A stretch of DNA of 64,000 bases from contig MNCI01000668.1 of assembly GCA_015680685.1 (NCBI GenBank), forward strand, positions 1,362,536 to 1,426,535. The letters run 5' to 3'. Each line of letters opens with the position of its first letter. The first letter of the stretch is position 1. A program made the position numbers and the translations under genes. This document shows positions 11,521 to 23,020 of the stretch, piece after piece. Below the pieces are notes generated by a model. It was not told where the DNA came from and made no database searches. It was given only the letters and a program-made list of their open reading frames with translations. The stretch is from Gnetum montanum (Eukaryota > Plantae > Gnetophyta).

Positions 11521-13226
11521 TGTATTGACCGAAATCATTGGCATGAGGCTGGAAGGGAAAAACACACACCGAAAGATTTTCGAAGAGACACAGCCGACCC
11601 TACCTTCACATGAGGGCAAGCTAGAAAAGGAAACAAAGGTAGAGTGCCTTGGATGGTCTGCACGCAAATCAACCAAGGACTTCCCCAAGTGTAAGCTACG
11701 GCTAGTGCTGGGGTTATCGTGATCGATGATGTACGAAATGTAAACAGTGACGCACGAAATGCAAATAGAGCGTATATAATGTAAACAGAGCGTAAAGTAG
11801 ATAAAAACAAAGCAAACAATGTAAATGGAAGGCAATAATAAACTGTATTCTATTGCTTAAAAAAGATGTGCACCGGTCAAAGCGTAGTTGCGTGTGTGGA
11901 TGGCAAGTTAAGCGCTAAGCCCCGGAGTGATGTGCTTACAGGTGTTTGGAGGCTGGGAGTCACGTGTGCCTTAGCGTCCAAAGTTGCCAATCAATGCTTC
12001 CTAAGCCATCAACCTTCAAAATTGCCCACCCCATTTATGTGAATGGATGGGGTATTTATAAAGTTTGGCTAGGCTCGGGCACGAAATTCATGGATGGAAT
12101 CAACGACTGAGAGATGATAGGAAAACGGATCATGTGACGTGTTTGATGGATAGCTATGTGTGAATTGGACGTGTGTAGGCAAGCTACATTCTTGACCGGA
12201 TGCACTGTATCTTACATCATGCATTAGCTTATGCAAGCTAGCTTATGCCCATAGAAGCACATACAATTTGGAGCGTAAGAGCTTGACAAGCTCGCAAATG
12301 GCCAAAATTTACAATGAAAATGAGAGTGTACAACAAGAGAATTTGACTCCGGCTGGCTTGATCCATGGATTGACTACTGCAGGATGTCGATTTGAGTGGT
12401 TTTGTGGCTATTTGAGGCATTTATGTTCCACAAAAGCTTCCATCGTGAGTTTAGTTTGTCTTAGCGTGTCCTCAACGTGTGTTTGGCGTGTACTCACGCT
12501 ATACTCACGCTGCTGGCGTGACCTCAGCGTGACCTGATGAAAATGACACATTTCACACTAATTTTTGATCTTTTGAAGCTTCTGCTTTGAATGCAACAAT
12601 TGCCTGGCTATGTTTGACCCTGAGAGTGAGCTACATGTTGAAAACTGAGGTTGAGTATGTCTTGATTTGAGCCACTTTTAGTAACTCACGCTAGACTCAC
12701 ACTATCAGCGTGAGCTATAAAAACTTTGTAATTTTGAACCTGAAATCTGGAATTCTGGAGGCTGGGACTTGAAGTTGTCAACAATGAATCTTGAGGATGA
12801 CTTGCACCTTTGAAATCAAACCATTTCAACTCGATTTTGAGGCTCTCAGAGTTGGTCACGCTGGACTCACGCTGCCAACGTGACCATTAGCGTGAGTGAG
12901 AAAATGTGTACATTTTGGCCCAAACTTTGAACTCCCAAATGCTAAAACTTGAAGTTGACAACAGTGACCCTTGAGGATGGCTTGCACCCTTAGATTGGAC
13001 CATCTTTGACTTGATTTTGAAGTCATTGAAGTTGCTCACAATGAGAGCAAGCCGACTTGACAAGCTGAGCGTGAGCAAGCCGACTTGACAAGCTGAGCGT
13101 GAGCAAGCCAGCTTGACAAGCTAAGTGTGAGTTCCATGCCTTAGTCAAATTTTTGCCTCCCAAAAGCTAAAAAGGCTCTGAGTTGTTCTTGTTTCAAAGT
13201 GTTAGGTTGAAATTAGTGGTGTTTCA
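11521..13226 (-). repeat. 5' LTR of the Tat element (1706 bp)
   Basis: TG...CA termini (minus TGAAACACC...GGTCAATACA), adjacent PBS, minus-strand TATA (plus gggtatttata ~12050-12060). Confidence 0.9.
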
Positions 13227-14740
13227 CATGGTATACAAATAGTGGGTCCCACATGACTCTATACAAGGTATACAAAAAGAGGATAAGTATCACACATGCT
13301 AAGAAATACCAAGGGAATTCTAGTCGAGGATGTTAGACATTGTTTGATTTTTGGTTTAAATTGGTTAAATTTTCAAACGGATTGTTGCAAGTGCTAGCAC
13401 TAATTCAGAAAAGGATAGTTTAATGAGAAATTCAAAAAGTCTTTCCTCAACAAAATGGGTATCGATTGTTGTTTTATAATATTTTTTTAATTATTGTAAA
13501 TAAAGAGAACAAGTTTTTATAACAACTAACATTAACAATGATACGTTCATGTTGGAAATGTATCGTTTAAAAACCAAATAGCAACATTTGATTATTCTAC
13601 TAAATAATAAAAAAGCTTGTTATTTATTATGATATTAAAAGTGACAATCAAATGATAGGCACAACCTATTATTGTGTAACAATAAAGCATACCAGTTGTT
13701 TACTAAGAAAACATACTATTGTTTATACTCAATTTTTGTATAGTTTTAGTCTAGAATCTTTGCAATTAATTAAGGTAAAAGAAACCATTTTGATTCATTT
13801 TTTAACTTACATGATCATTCTACCTTAATTTAGTTATTTTTGTTGGATTTCTATCATTCTTACTTTCTATTTTATGCTTCATTTTATATACTTTCCAATG
13901 TGTTTTATGGATTCCAAAAATTTGAGGATTCAATCAACCACACTATAATCTAATTGGACGATTGAATGATCTAGTTGATCACATTGTCAATTTTTTATCT
14001 TCTAGCTCCTTTGAGAATGGAATTTTTAGCTTAGATCGTTTATTAGAGAAGTTAAGTAAAATGATGAAGTTTGGAAGATAAATTTATGATGATTCTAAAT
14101 GCTAAGTTAGGATATGTATAGAAGGATGCAAAGTTAGTCTTGATGGTAATAGGACAAATATTTAATAGTGCTAATCTTTTGGTTATTATAATTTTTTAGT
14201 TATCACTTTTTGATAATAATTTAGATGGTAAGACATATTTGTAATTAAGGATTTTATTTTGCTAACACGTATTGTACAATAGTGGGCCCTATCCTCCAAG
14301 TTCTTTCAAAATCACATGAAGATGGTTTTCTCTATTTGCAAGTGTTCTAACCATTCCTGCATATGTTCTATGCTAATGACTTATGTTTAGGAAGGATTAG
14401 ATGGAAGAATAACCCTCCTAGACAAATATGTCTTGGAGCTAGTCGAAGAGTTTAAGCAATTTGATGCTAACTAATATATTTTACTTCATTATGTAATTCT
14501 TTTCTAAAGTTTCTAAATGGGTATTTGTACTTTGGCCTTTAATGGATTTTCTTTTTGAAGATTTTATATAATCTTTGATGCTTGTAAGGATGTATGTAAC
14601 ATTTTGTGGATTAAATTTTCTTTGTTTATGGAATTTTAAGCATTTTGTTATTGCACCATGTTAAGTTGATTATTAATTTTTCTAGTCTATTGTATGGTTG
14701 TTATATAAATGTTTAGATAGATAAAAAATTTGACAATGAA

Positions 14741-14815
14741 ATGTTAGCTTAGTAGTAAAACTCTTGATTTTGAAGCTTTATGTTACAATTTCGAATACCC
14801 CTATAAATAAAAATC
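14741..14815 (+). mobile_element. Degenerate tRNA-derived SINE head
   Basis: TAGCTTAGTAG box-A-like and TTCGAATACC box-B-like motifs. Similar to 15058-15135 and 20678-20765. Confidence 0.45.
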
Positions 14816-15057
14816 TAACAAATATCATAAAATTATATACCATAAATAGGTTAGATACTTGGGCAAAGAGCATCCATGACCTTGTTTTAATAGTAACTAA
14901 AAACACTAGCTTTTAATAAATATACAAGTCTTTAATAATCTTTATGTATTTAATGTATCAATAACCATTACCATTGGCATCCAAAACAACAATCTTAAAG
15001 TGGAAATGTAGTTGCTTTCAAGCATTAAAAGCATAAATATTATCTTTTATTAATAAG

Positions 15058-15135
15058 GTGTTAGCCTAGTAAGACTCAAGGTTCAAGTCATAGGTTTGTT
15101 TTCGATGAGAAATGCTAAATTATAAAATTCTAATT
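15058..15135 (+). mobile_element. Degenerate tRNA-derived SINE head
   Basis: gttagcctagt...ataggtttgttttcgat...ttataaaat is shared with the copy at 20678. Confidence 0.4.
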
Positions 15136-15978
15136 AGACTATATATCTTGGGGTATACCTAATTATATTATATATACACTTAAACAAAAAGCATTCATAA
15201 CAATGTACTCTCCAAAACAAAAAGCAAAAAAAAAAACAAAACAAAAGGTAAGCTTGGTCTTTTAAAGATATTTATGTATTTTTACGGCATTAACATTGCT
15301 GGGATGGAACATTGTGAAGTAATCTAATTAACCATGAAAGGCATAAGGCATGAACATACAAAAATAATAAGTATATTTAGAATTCAATAGAAGTTCGCAT
15401 GTTTCGTACAATAAATAAGAACGTTACTTTTAACAACGTTTTTGCAGAACGAAATTATTTATGTAAAGTCTTTGGATAATTACTCTTTTAAGGTTTCCAG
15501 TAATTTTCCGCAGATTAATCAGAGCTTTGGTTCCAACCACCCTGTAATTTACGGAGAGTTATGTGCGAAGACGAGTACAAATCGAAACACTTCTAGCGAT
15601 GCAAATCGAATAGTAATCCAACCCTGGCGCATTCTTCCTCTCTGTGGTTAGGCCCACTGGCTTCTTGGAACTGTGAACCAGGAAAAATAGGCCTCACACG
15701 CAAGGGCGTCTGCAAATACAACCGAACTACTGAAGCAGGCCATCGGATTCAGATGAAATAAGCGTTTTCTCTCGACATAAATCGATCTGTACATCGATGC
15801 CATGAATATTTGAATTTTGAAGCGACCAAAACGTCCCGGGCCGGCTGGTCTAATTTATCGCTTCTTTCGGATAAAAACTTGTGGTTGTACATTAACGGAC
15901 CAGATAATGATATACAGGAATTTGGATACTTCTGGAGGTGAACATTAAAGATACAGAAGACTACCTCCTGCTCCATAG

Positions 15979-18577
15979 TCACTGAGGATGCCACTGTTCA
16001 TTCTGCTTGTTCATGGTCCCGGACTGTGACTGCAGCAGCAGCTGCTGCTGCTGCAAGAGCAATTTATGGTAGGCTTCCATAGTCAGGCCCACTGGCTGCT
16101 AATCACGAGCATAATTCCATGAATTAGTTGTTTGTAGAAGCAGATCGAGTAAATCCCTGAATTGGTCATGGATGATGGCAATTAGCAAGTGAATGAGATC
16201 AGAGCAAACCTGGTGTTGAAGTGGGTTTACGGCGGTTTCTGATGAAATAGCAGCAACAGCTGGTGTGATTGCTGCTGCTGCTGCTGCTGGCTGAATAAAT
16301 GGCACAGGCGGAACTAGCGCTGGATGATGACGCTGAGGATTTAGTGGCAAGCCAGGATCTTGTCCGGTGGGGGCGGCTGCTGCTGCTGATACTGCATTCA
16401 TGTTCATGATTCCCATTACACCCGGCATGCCCATCCCCAACCCAACATGGCCCATGGATGCCAACATCGACATCTGTAACTGAGGTAAGCTCACCGGCAT
16501 CATTATGGGATGCATTCCCATCCCATTCCTGAACATCATCATCTGTGCCCACACAATGTATATTCCTAAGTTCATCGAAGAAAAAAAAAATCTGAAAACC
16601 GAAATTGAAGCGTATTTGCAGCTTGCATTAATAAGACCAGGAGCACAGTGAACCGGGAGACCGCCATTTATTTTCTGGGAATCCAACAGAATTTTTTCCC
16701 TTTTACATTGCTCTCGTAATTTATGCTGAAAATTGTACCTGTAACTGGGCTTGAAGGTGTTTCAGATACTCAATCGCCTCATCCAACATTGATGCTTTGT
16801 CCGTCTGCAAGTATAAGAGAAGCGAAATTGAAATTAAAATTTTATTACGTCCGTAAACTTTCTGGATCTATTTAAATTTAGCGATAAGAATTACTAGAGT
16901 CTCATCCGAAGCCATGCTGTAACTAGGAAAATAAAATATCCTTTTTACCCGTCTTGAGTTTCCGAATTTCTGTGAAAAGTGTTGGGAATCATTTGAGTCC
17001 GGAAATGGGAATGGTGAAGTCGTTACCTTGCTGGAGTGGGGAAGCAGCTTCTGCAAAGTTTTCATCCTTTCATTGATTCTGTCTCTCCGCCTCTGCAAAA
17101 GATCAAAGATCAAAACATGAGACCACTCGCAAAACGAAACATAGGGACCGGTTGCTGGATGGACGGAAGCAGACTGCTTACCCTCTCAGATTGGTTGTGA
17201 ACTACTGCTGCTCTGCTTCGTTTGGCATGGGAGGAGCGTTTAGATTCTGATTTGCTAACCTGCGATGATCCTTTATCTTCTTCTTCCTATGACAACAGAG
17301 ACAGAAGCCAAGTGAATTAAACCATTAAAAAATACAAAAAGGCAGAGAGAAGTGATATGCACAGAAAAAACCTGGTCACTTTGGTGGGGCGAGTCCTGCT
17401 GACAATTAAAGGATTTCCTTTTGCATTTGCTGCTGTCGTTGGCCTGCTTCATCTGGGACATGCTGGCGGTGGGGGATACGGCAGAGGAAGAAGGCGGGAA
17501 GGTTGTCGCCATGGCGTCCCCATAATCTGAAAAAGTGGCAGTGGACGTTCTTTGTCTGCAATCGCTCCAGCTGATGCTGTTGGTTCGCGGAAGAAGCCCT
17601 GTTGTTGAGGTGGAATTATTAGTCTTGGATTTTGATGCATCGGTCTCTGAATTCGAATTGGAAAACAGGGCAGTGTCGGCCTGATCAGAAGAAGCCAGTA
17701 TCTGCAATGCAGCCTTGCTCTCGCTTGGCAATTCTCCCTGTTCATGAGCCAGGCTCCCATGGTGATGATGACCAGAGAAACGAGACAGTTTGGTTGAACA
17801 TTTGGAGATGCCCAGGCCCTCAGATGCCACTGCAACTGCAGTGGAATCAGCATTCCCATTCTGGTTAAGATGGGGACTGGGATTGTCGCCAAAAGCGCTT
17901 CTTTCCAGAGATTTATGGGTGCCCAGATCCTCCACCCACGGCGGCACCATATCTATATCCATGGCAGAAAGAACGCCACACTCATCCTGAGACACCCACT
18001 GGCATGAATCCTCCTCAGCGGATCCTAGAGACGATGAAGACGAGAAGAAATTGCTCGGACCGCTGTAGCAGCCCGCCAAAATATTGTTGTTCTTGGCGCC
18101 CATGCTTCTGTTTTCCAGGTTGTTCAGGGCCAGCTGACCGTCTTTCCAGATCAGTTCCGTTAGCGGAGAGTAGCCATGGTACCTGCACAATCCAAGTCAG
18201 AGTAAATCATAAACATTCAATATCAACAAGATATGATATCTACAACAAGTTGAACAACTGACGATAGATTTGAAAAAGAAAGCCCTGACGCAGCTTACTT
18301 ACATAAGCTGAGTCTGAGGGGGCTGCTGCTGCTGCTGCTGATGGTGGTGCTGCTGCTGCTGACAGTGTGGAACTTGGATTTCAGCAAGCTGCTGCGACCG
18401 CTGCTCTGCAACAAGATCCAGCATTCTGCTGCTGGAATTATGATGATGGTGGTGGTTGTTCTTGGGGTGCTGCTGTTGTAACCTGAAATCGACATTGAAG
18501 TCTTCTGCCACACATAACGCTTCATCATGATGATGAGAGGAACTCCCCTCCATGTCCGGAACACACTGAATCATCAT
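15979..18577 (-). CDS. PIF8: Phytochrome-interacting factor bHLH transcription factor, PIF8/UNE10-like. Exons 18577-18303, 18182-17372, 17286-17182, 17092-17027, 16804-16739, 16542-16210, 16095(or 16098)-15979; about 590 aa
   Basis: All six introns are GT-AG and phase-compatible. N-terminus MMIQCVPD resembles UNE10 MSQCVP. APB-like ELIWKDGQ. bHLH [58 protein letters not shown] with the three conserved bHLH introns. Met/Gly-rich post-bHLH segment and C-terminal PVGLTMEAY...QQQQ as in PIF8. Confidence 0.93.
18317..18480 (-). repeat. CAG/CAC/CAT trinucleotide tracts encoding polyQ/polyH in exon 1
   Basis: QQQHPKNNHHHHH ... QQQQHHHQQQQQQPPQ. Confidence 0.9.
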
Positions 18578-19720
18578 TTTGAATTCTGGAATTCAATCTG
18601 CAGCCGCCTACGTCCAGCGACAGCCGCAGATCCCAAATCTCATTGCCGAGTAAACTGTCCTCTAGCAATCGAAGGCAAAATTAAAGAATCAGCATTTATC
18701 TCAGACAAAACAGCTTCTGCTACTGCGGTTGTTCCAGATAAGCTTTGCTTGCTGCGCAGATGTAGACGAAGGATGAACAAGAAATTGGGGATATGTCCTG
18801 CAATAACTGGCAGAAAATAGGGGTATATCAAGAGGAAGCATTGAAGCAGAGAGCTTCTAAAGTGACAGCACATGGGTGGACCGTGAGGTGGATCCAGTAA
18901 GCGGAAAGCTTTCAAGGGCAGCCACACGGCGATGCCATGCAATCTAAACGCAGATGAAGCGCTTGCAGCGAATCCAGAGCAGCCACAAATTCTCTGCAGG
19001 ATACAGGGCCCAGCAGATCTTTCCGAAACAAATCAGATTTCAGAGATCCAGCATTCACTTCGAGAATAATTTTCCCGTTTAGTATTTACCATCGCTGCGG
19101 AGCCAGACAAAACGGGCATTTAAGCATGGTTCAGGCGATAAAGAGCAAGAAAGAAAACCGAGCCTAAAATTCACGAAATCTGAGAGACGATATAAAGCGC
19201 TTGCAAGTCTGAGACAGATTTCCCAAAAGCTAGGATCGCCACGCAAGCATTTTTCGTATCAAAATCTTGACGCTCGAGTGCAGTTTCATATTTAGCGGGC
19301 GGCGGTGGCGGCGGCAGCCAAATTATAAAGTCAAAGTTTTCTCGCCACTCCGAATTCCGGAATCTTTTGTTTGGGACCGGCAGTGGCAAGCAGAAAGAAG
19401 ACTGGAGCCGCAGCCTATGATTTGTTTTGCGAAAGAAAAAGTCTAACAATAAGTTACACAGCTGCTGCAACCGGTTTCAACACTTTGTTAGGAGACTGGA
19501 AATTGCTTGCTAAATGTGATTCACCTCTCTGCAACTGTTGCAAGCGGCATGCTTCTAATGCTCCTTTTTTAAGCGTGTTCATAAAGTTTTGATTTAAGTC
19601 TGTAACTGCATCCAAACCAACTACGTAGAACCATACACCTCGCTAATGGAACTGAACACAACTTTCGTTTACAGCGCAGTTTCAGGATTCGTTTTACAAA
19701 CCGTCAGAGGAGGAGTTTCT

Positions 19721-19785
19721 TTTACAAAGAGTCAGTGCACCTGTGATTTTTTACGTTTACAAAGAGTCAGTGAACCTGTGATTTT
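19721..19785. repeat. 35-bp-period tandem duplication in the PIF8 upstream region
   Basis: tttacaaagagtcagtg(c/a)acctgtgatttt at 19721 and 19756. Confidence 0.85.
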
Positions 19786-19870
19786 GAGTATAAATTGCAT
19801 TAGAGGGCCTTCTCTACTTTGGCATTTTAAAAATTCTGGAGATTTTATAACATCTCTACATATATTTCTT

Positions 19871-19878
19871 TGACGTGG
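19871..19878. promoter_or_regulatory. TGACGTGG ACGT element (bZIP/HY5-type site), candidate
   Basis: Exact motif ~1.3 kb upstream of the PIF8 ATG. Function not shown. Confidence 0.35.
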
Positions 19879-20677
19879 AAACAACTTATGTAATCGATGT
19901 ATAGTGTTGGGAGAAAGGTTGGGAAGATAATGATATGCTTTGGCAGATCCACTGCCACCTCAGCAAAAGTTAACTTTTTTTTAAAAGTGATTTACCCTTT
20001 AATATGCAAATACCTTAGTAGTGTACTTTATTATTGTTGGAACAATGATATGTATGCAAGTTTATTAGAGTTGAATATGAAAACCTTAGGTGAAAGGTTT
20101 AATTCTAATTATCAATACCAAATTTCTAATTTGCACTATTTCATGGTATAGACTTAAATAAAAAATTAGTTTCAAATTCACCTATAAGCATAATCTTGAT
20201 GAGTGATATTTCTTAATATTATCTTTGACACTTAAAAGAAACCAGGTAAATATAGTAAATGAAACAAATTGAGTTAATAGGGTTATAATAAAAAAATTCT
20301 AATTTTTCAATTTTTAAAATTACTATTATGCACTTTGTTTAGGCCTATTCTAAAAAGGAAGAAGACTACTATTGAAATGATCACTTGCAAGGAGAATTTA
20401 TATAATAACAAAGTAAGGATTACTGACAAGCTACACAAGGTTACAAGTTAATTGACTCTTTTTTTGAAGTATTTTTTTTTATTGTGACATAAAATGGTAC
20501 CAAACATGGAAACTTAATAGGTTAGAGGTGAGAAAATAATATTTTAAAAAAACTAAACTAAATTGGTGTTAACATATAAAATCAAGATGATAAGATAAGT
20601 AGAAAACTATTAAAAAAAGCATGGATAATAAAATGCAAGATTGAGGATTCCTCTAACTTGAAACTAATGATGAGGTA

Positions 20678-20765
20678 TTGTTAGCCTAGTGGTAAAACTC
20701 TTGATTTTATAACTCAAAGCTATGGGTTCAATTTTGATAACCAATAGTAAGTTATAAAATGTTTT
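20678..20765 (+). mobile_element. tRNA-derived SINE remnant
   Basis: Box A TAGCCTAGTGG (20682-20692) and box B GGTTCAATTT (20725-20734) at tRNA-like spacing. Two related copies lie at 14.7 and 15.1 kb. Confidence 0.55.
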
Positions 20766-21529
20766 AGGTTCCAAACAAATCCCCACTTCGATGCATTTTA
20801 CATTTTTTGTAATTTTTATTATCATTAATAACAAGTTCAAAGTTGAGTTTTCCTTATGGTATAAGATTGTACCTTATTCAAATACATATTTTTATTTTTT
20901 AATGCAAAATTTAATTATTAAAAAATAAATACTAATACTAAAACACAAACCTATTTTCGTATTTTTCAAAACAGTAAAATGTCAATTAGAAGCATATTAA
21001 GACCACCAGGATTTTGTAGTTATCCTCTTCTTTACCGTTTTGAGTTTTCTGCTTCACTATAATATTTAATATTAAAAATACAAACAATAACACTGATAAT
21101 AAGAATGTTTTCGGCATTTTTTAAAACGGCGAAGTTACGTAGATAACCATATTGACGGTGCCAAGATTTTGAAAGTCCATGCCCGCCACTTACAAATGAA
21201 GAACCAATCCTGCCTTCATAGTTCATACAGTAACAACAGCGAATGTCTTATCTATGGTCTGATTGGCAGCGCCACAGCAGACCCATAAAAGCTTCAGTTG
21301 AAATGATGCATCACTTACCTATGTGGTAGGGCAATTAACACCTTCGTTTCAGATAATTCCAGAATGCCTGAAAAGGTGTTGCATAGAGAAGGTAGACCTT
21401 CATTTCAGATAATATGTGCCGTACACTGTGAAAAGGTGCGAAGAGAAATGCCATTTCCGCCGCAGAATGTCTGTATTGCACAAGGAGGAATTATTTACAA
21501 TTTCGAGTCCATCATGCTGAAAAAGTGCA

Positions 21530-21541
21530 CACGTACACGTG
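21530..21541. promoter_or_regulatory. Tandem CACGTA-CACGTG (G-box), candidate
   Basis: cacgtacacgtg in the CpG-rich upstream island. Further ACGT cores at 22000-22006 and 22205-22210. Confidence 0.4.
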
Positions 21542-22685
21542 GGAACCTCGCAGATGGATGCCATTGGTTGTGGCGCCAGCGCAGTGCCAGTCCTATCAGT
21601 CACACACTAATATGACGCGACTCCTCCGTGATATTTGGCCATTCAACATGCAAACTCCTTTTTCTCTTCTTGTTTTGGATTTCGGTGCAGGTGCAGGTGT
21701 GGATGGGCTGCTGCTGCTGCTGCTGCCGCCTGTTCCTTGCGAGCTTGCCATTTAACAACATAAGCACTCACCCAGACGCCAAAATAACCACAAAAAGCGA
21801 CAAAAAAAAAAAAAAAACAGTTTCCTAAATAATAGATGTGCATTTTTAACGTTTAATCAGCTTGTAACTCATTCCTAAGGTTTAAACTCGTGAGTTGTGA
21901 CCTCGTAACTCGATGTAAATGGAAAATTTGTACGCAAGTTAATTGGGAAAAATATATTAACACAGGTCGTGACTTGTTAATTCAACTCCAGAGCCGTGGC
22001 ACGTCAATGGCAATGCATGAGCAGAGCCAGATGCGTCAGGCTCTGCTCATTAAAAACCCTAAAACCCGTCACAGTGCGAGTTTGTCGTCGGCATTGGCCT
22101 TTCCTAATACTGTATCCCATATTTGATCTGTCATGGCAAAGGTGCCCTCGTTGTCTGGCCGAGAGCGACGTTTCTGGGTAAGGTTGCTGTGTCGTCCTTG
22201 TCTTCACGTAACTTCACTTATGGTACAGCGGCAGCGAGTCCAGGATTTGCATGCCTGCCTGCCCCGTATTAATGTATTATGACCCGCTGCTCAGTCTGTA
22301 TAACCCTGTTTTCGCGTACCCTTGTCGGTGGCCTGGCCCTTTGGCTTTGGCTGTTAACAGTGATGGATAATTTACAACAGAGATCCAAAAGTTGTGGTGC
22401 ACAAGAATACGAGATTCCTGGTGTACAGCGCCTGAAATGATTTGGAATAAATGCAGGATAGAGATCTTTTAAATTTCAACCCGCTCGGTTGTCTTCTTTC
22501 TTACCCAATAGTTGCCTATACCACCTCCTCCGACGGAACGCCTACGAGATTTTTGTTACCCAAGTAAAACCTGTTTACCGGTATCTTTCGGCGCACTCGC
22601 TTCTCCAAGATTGCGATAGCCCCCCTCCGGAGGTTTTGTTGAAGTCCATTTCTGATTTACATGGATTTCAGGCTTGTGTTTATCA

Positions 22686-23020
22686 ATGGTGACATCTACG
22701 CTGAACTTCTTGACAAGGAGATGAAACATGTTGCTTCAAGGTGTCATTTTCGATATCTTTTGTATGCTAACCTTTCAAAACTTTCCCCCTGTGGTACTGT
22801 TAAATCGTTAACTAATAAGAGAAGTAGTAATGTCCACGACGCAGTTTAGAAATGGATGGTGACATCTACGCTGAACTTGTCACAAGGAGACAAAACAACT
22901 TGCTTCAAGGTGTCATTACGTTGAACTTGCTACAAGGAGATAAAACAAGGTGCTTCCATGTGTCATTCTGGATTTCTTTTGTATGCCTTCTTTTCAAAGC
23001 TTTCCCCAATGAAATTGTTA
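22686..23020. repeat. Local 2.5-3-fold duplication (atggtgacatctacgctgaactt...caaggaga...caaggtgtcatt)
   Basis: Copies start at ~22686 and ~22856, with a partial copy at ~22917. Confidence 0.8.

Larger units (their letters stand above)
1614..13226 (-). mobile_element. Non-autonomous Ty3/gypsy (Tat/Ogre-Retand-like) LTR retrotransposon: LTR-PBS-gag-protease-(RT/RH/IN core absent)-IN tail-PPT-LTR
   Basis: Two similar LTRs (1614-3130, 11521-13226), tRNA-Asn PBS, PPT, decayed gag and aspartic protease ORFs, and a GPY/F integrase tail at ~4640-4765. Confidence 0.88.

Noticed and set aside
13770-14560. Possible L1-type RNase H remnant
   Set aside because: Only a faint resemblance (WKIN.., ANDL..) in very decayed AT-rich DNA; not supportable.
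16199-16552. 117-aa alternative-frame ORF
   Set aside because: Off-frame reading of exon 6; splice phase supports the MMMFRNG frame.
17449-17990. Overlapping alternative-frame and antisense ORFs (147, 78 and 66 aa)
   Set aside because: Shadows of the GC-richer PIF8 exon 2; no recognisable motifs.
20678-20765. tRNA gene
   Set aside because: Only degenerate A/B boxes; no cloverleaf or acceptor stem. Treated as a SINE remnant.
21990-22150. Partial resemblance to miR171/miR399 sequences
   Set aside because: Short imperfect matches, and no fold-back partner seen.
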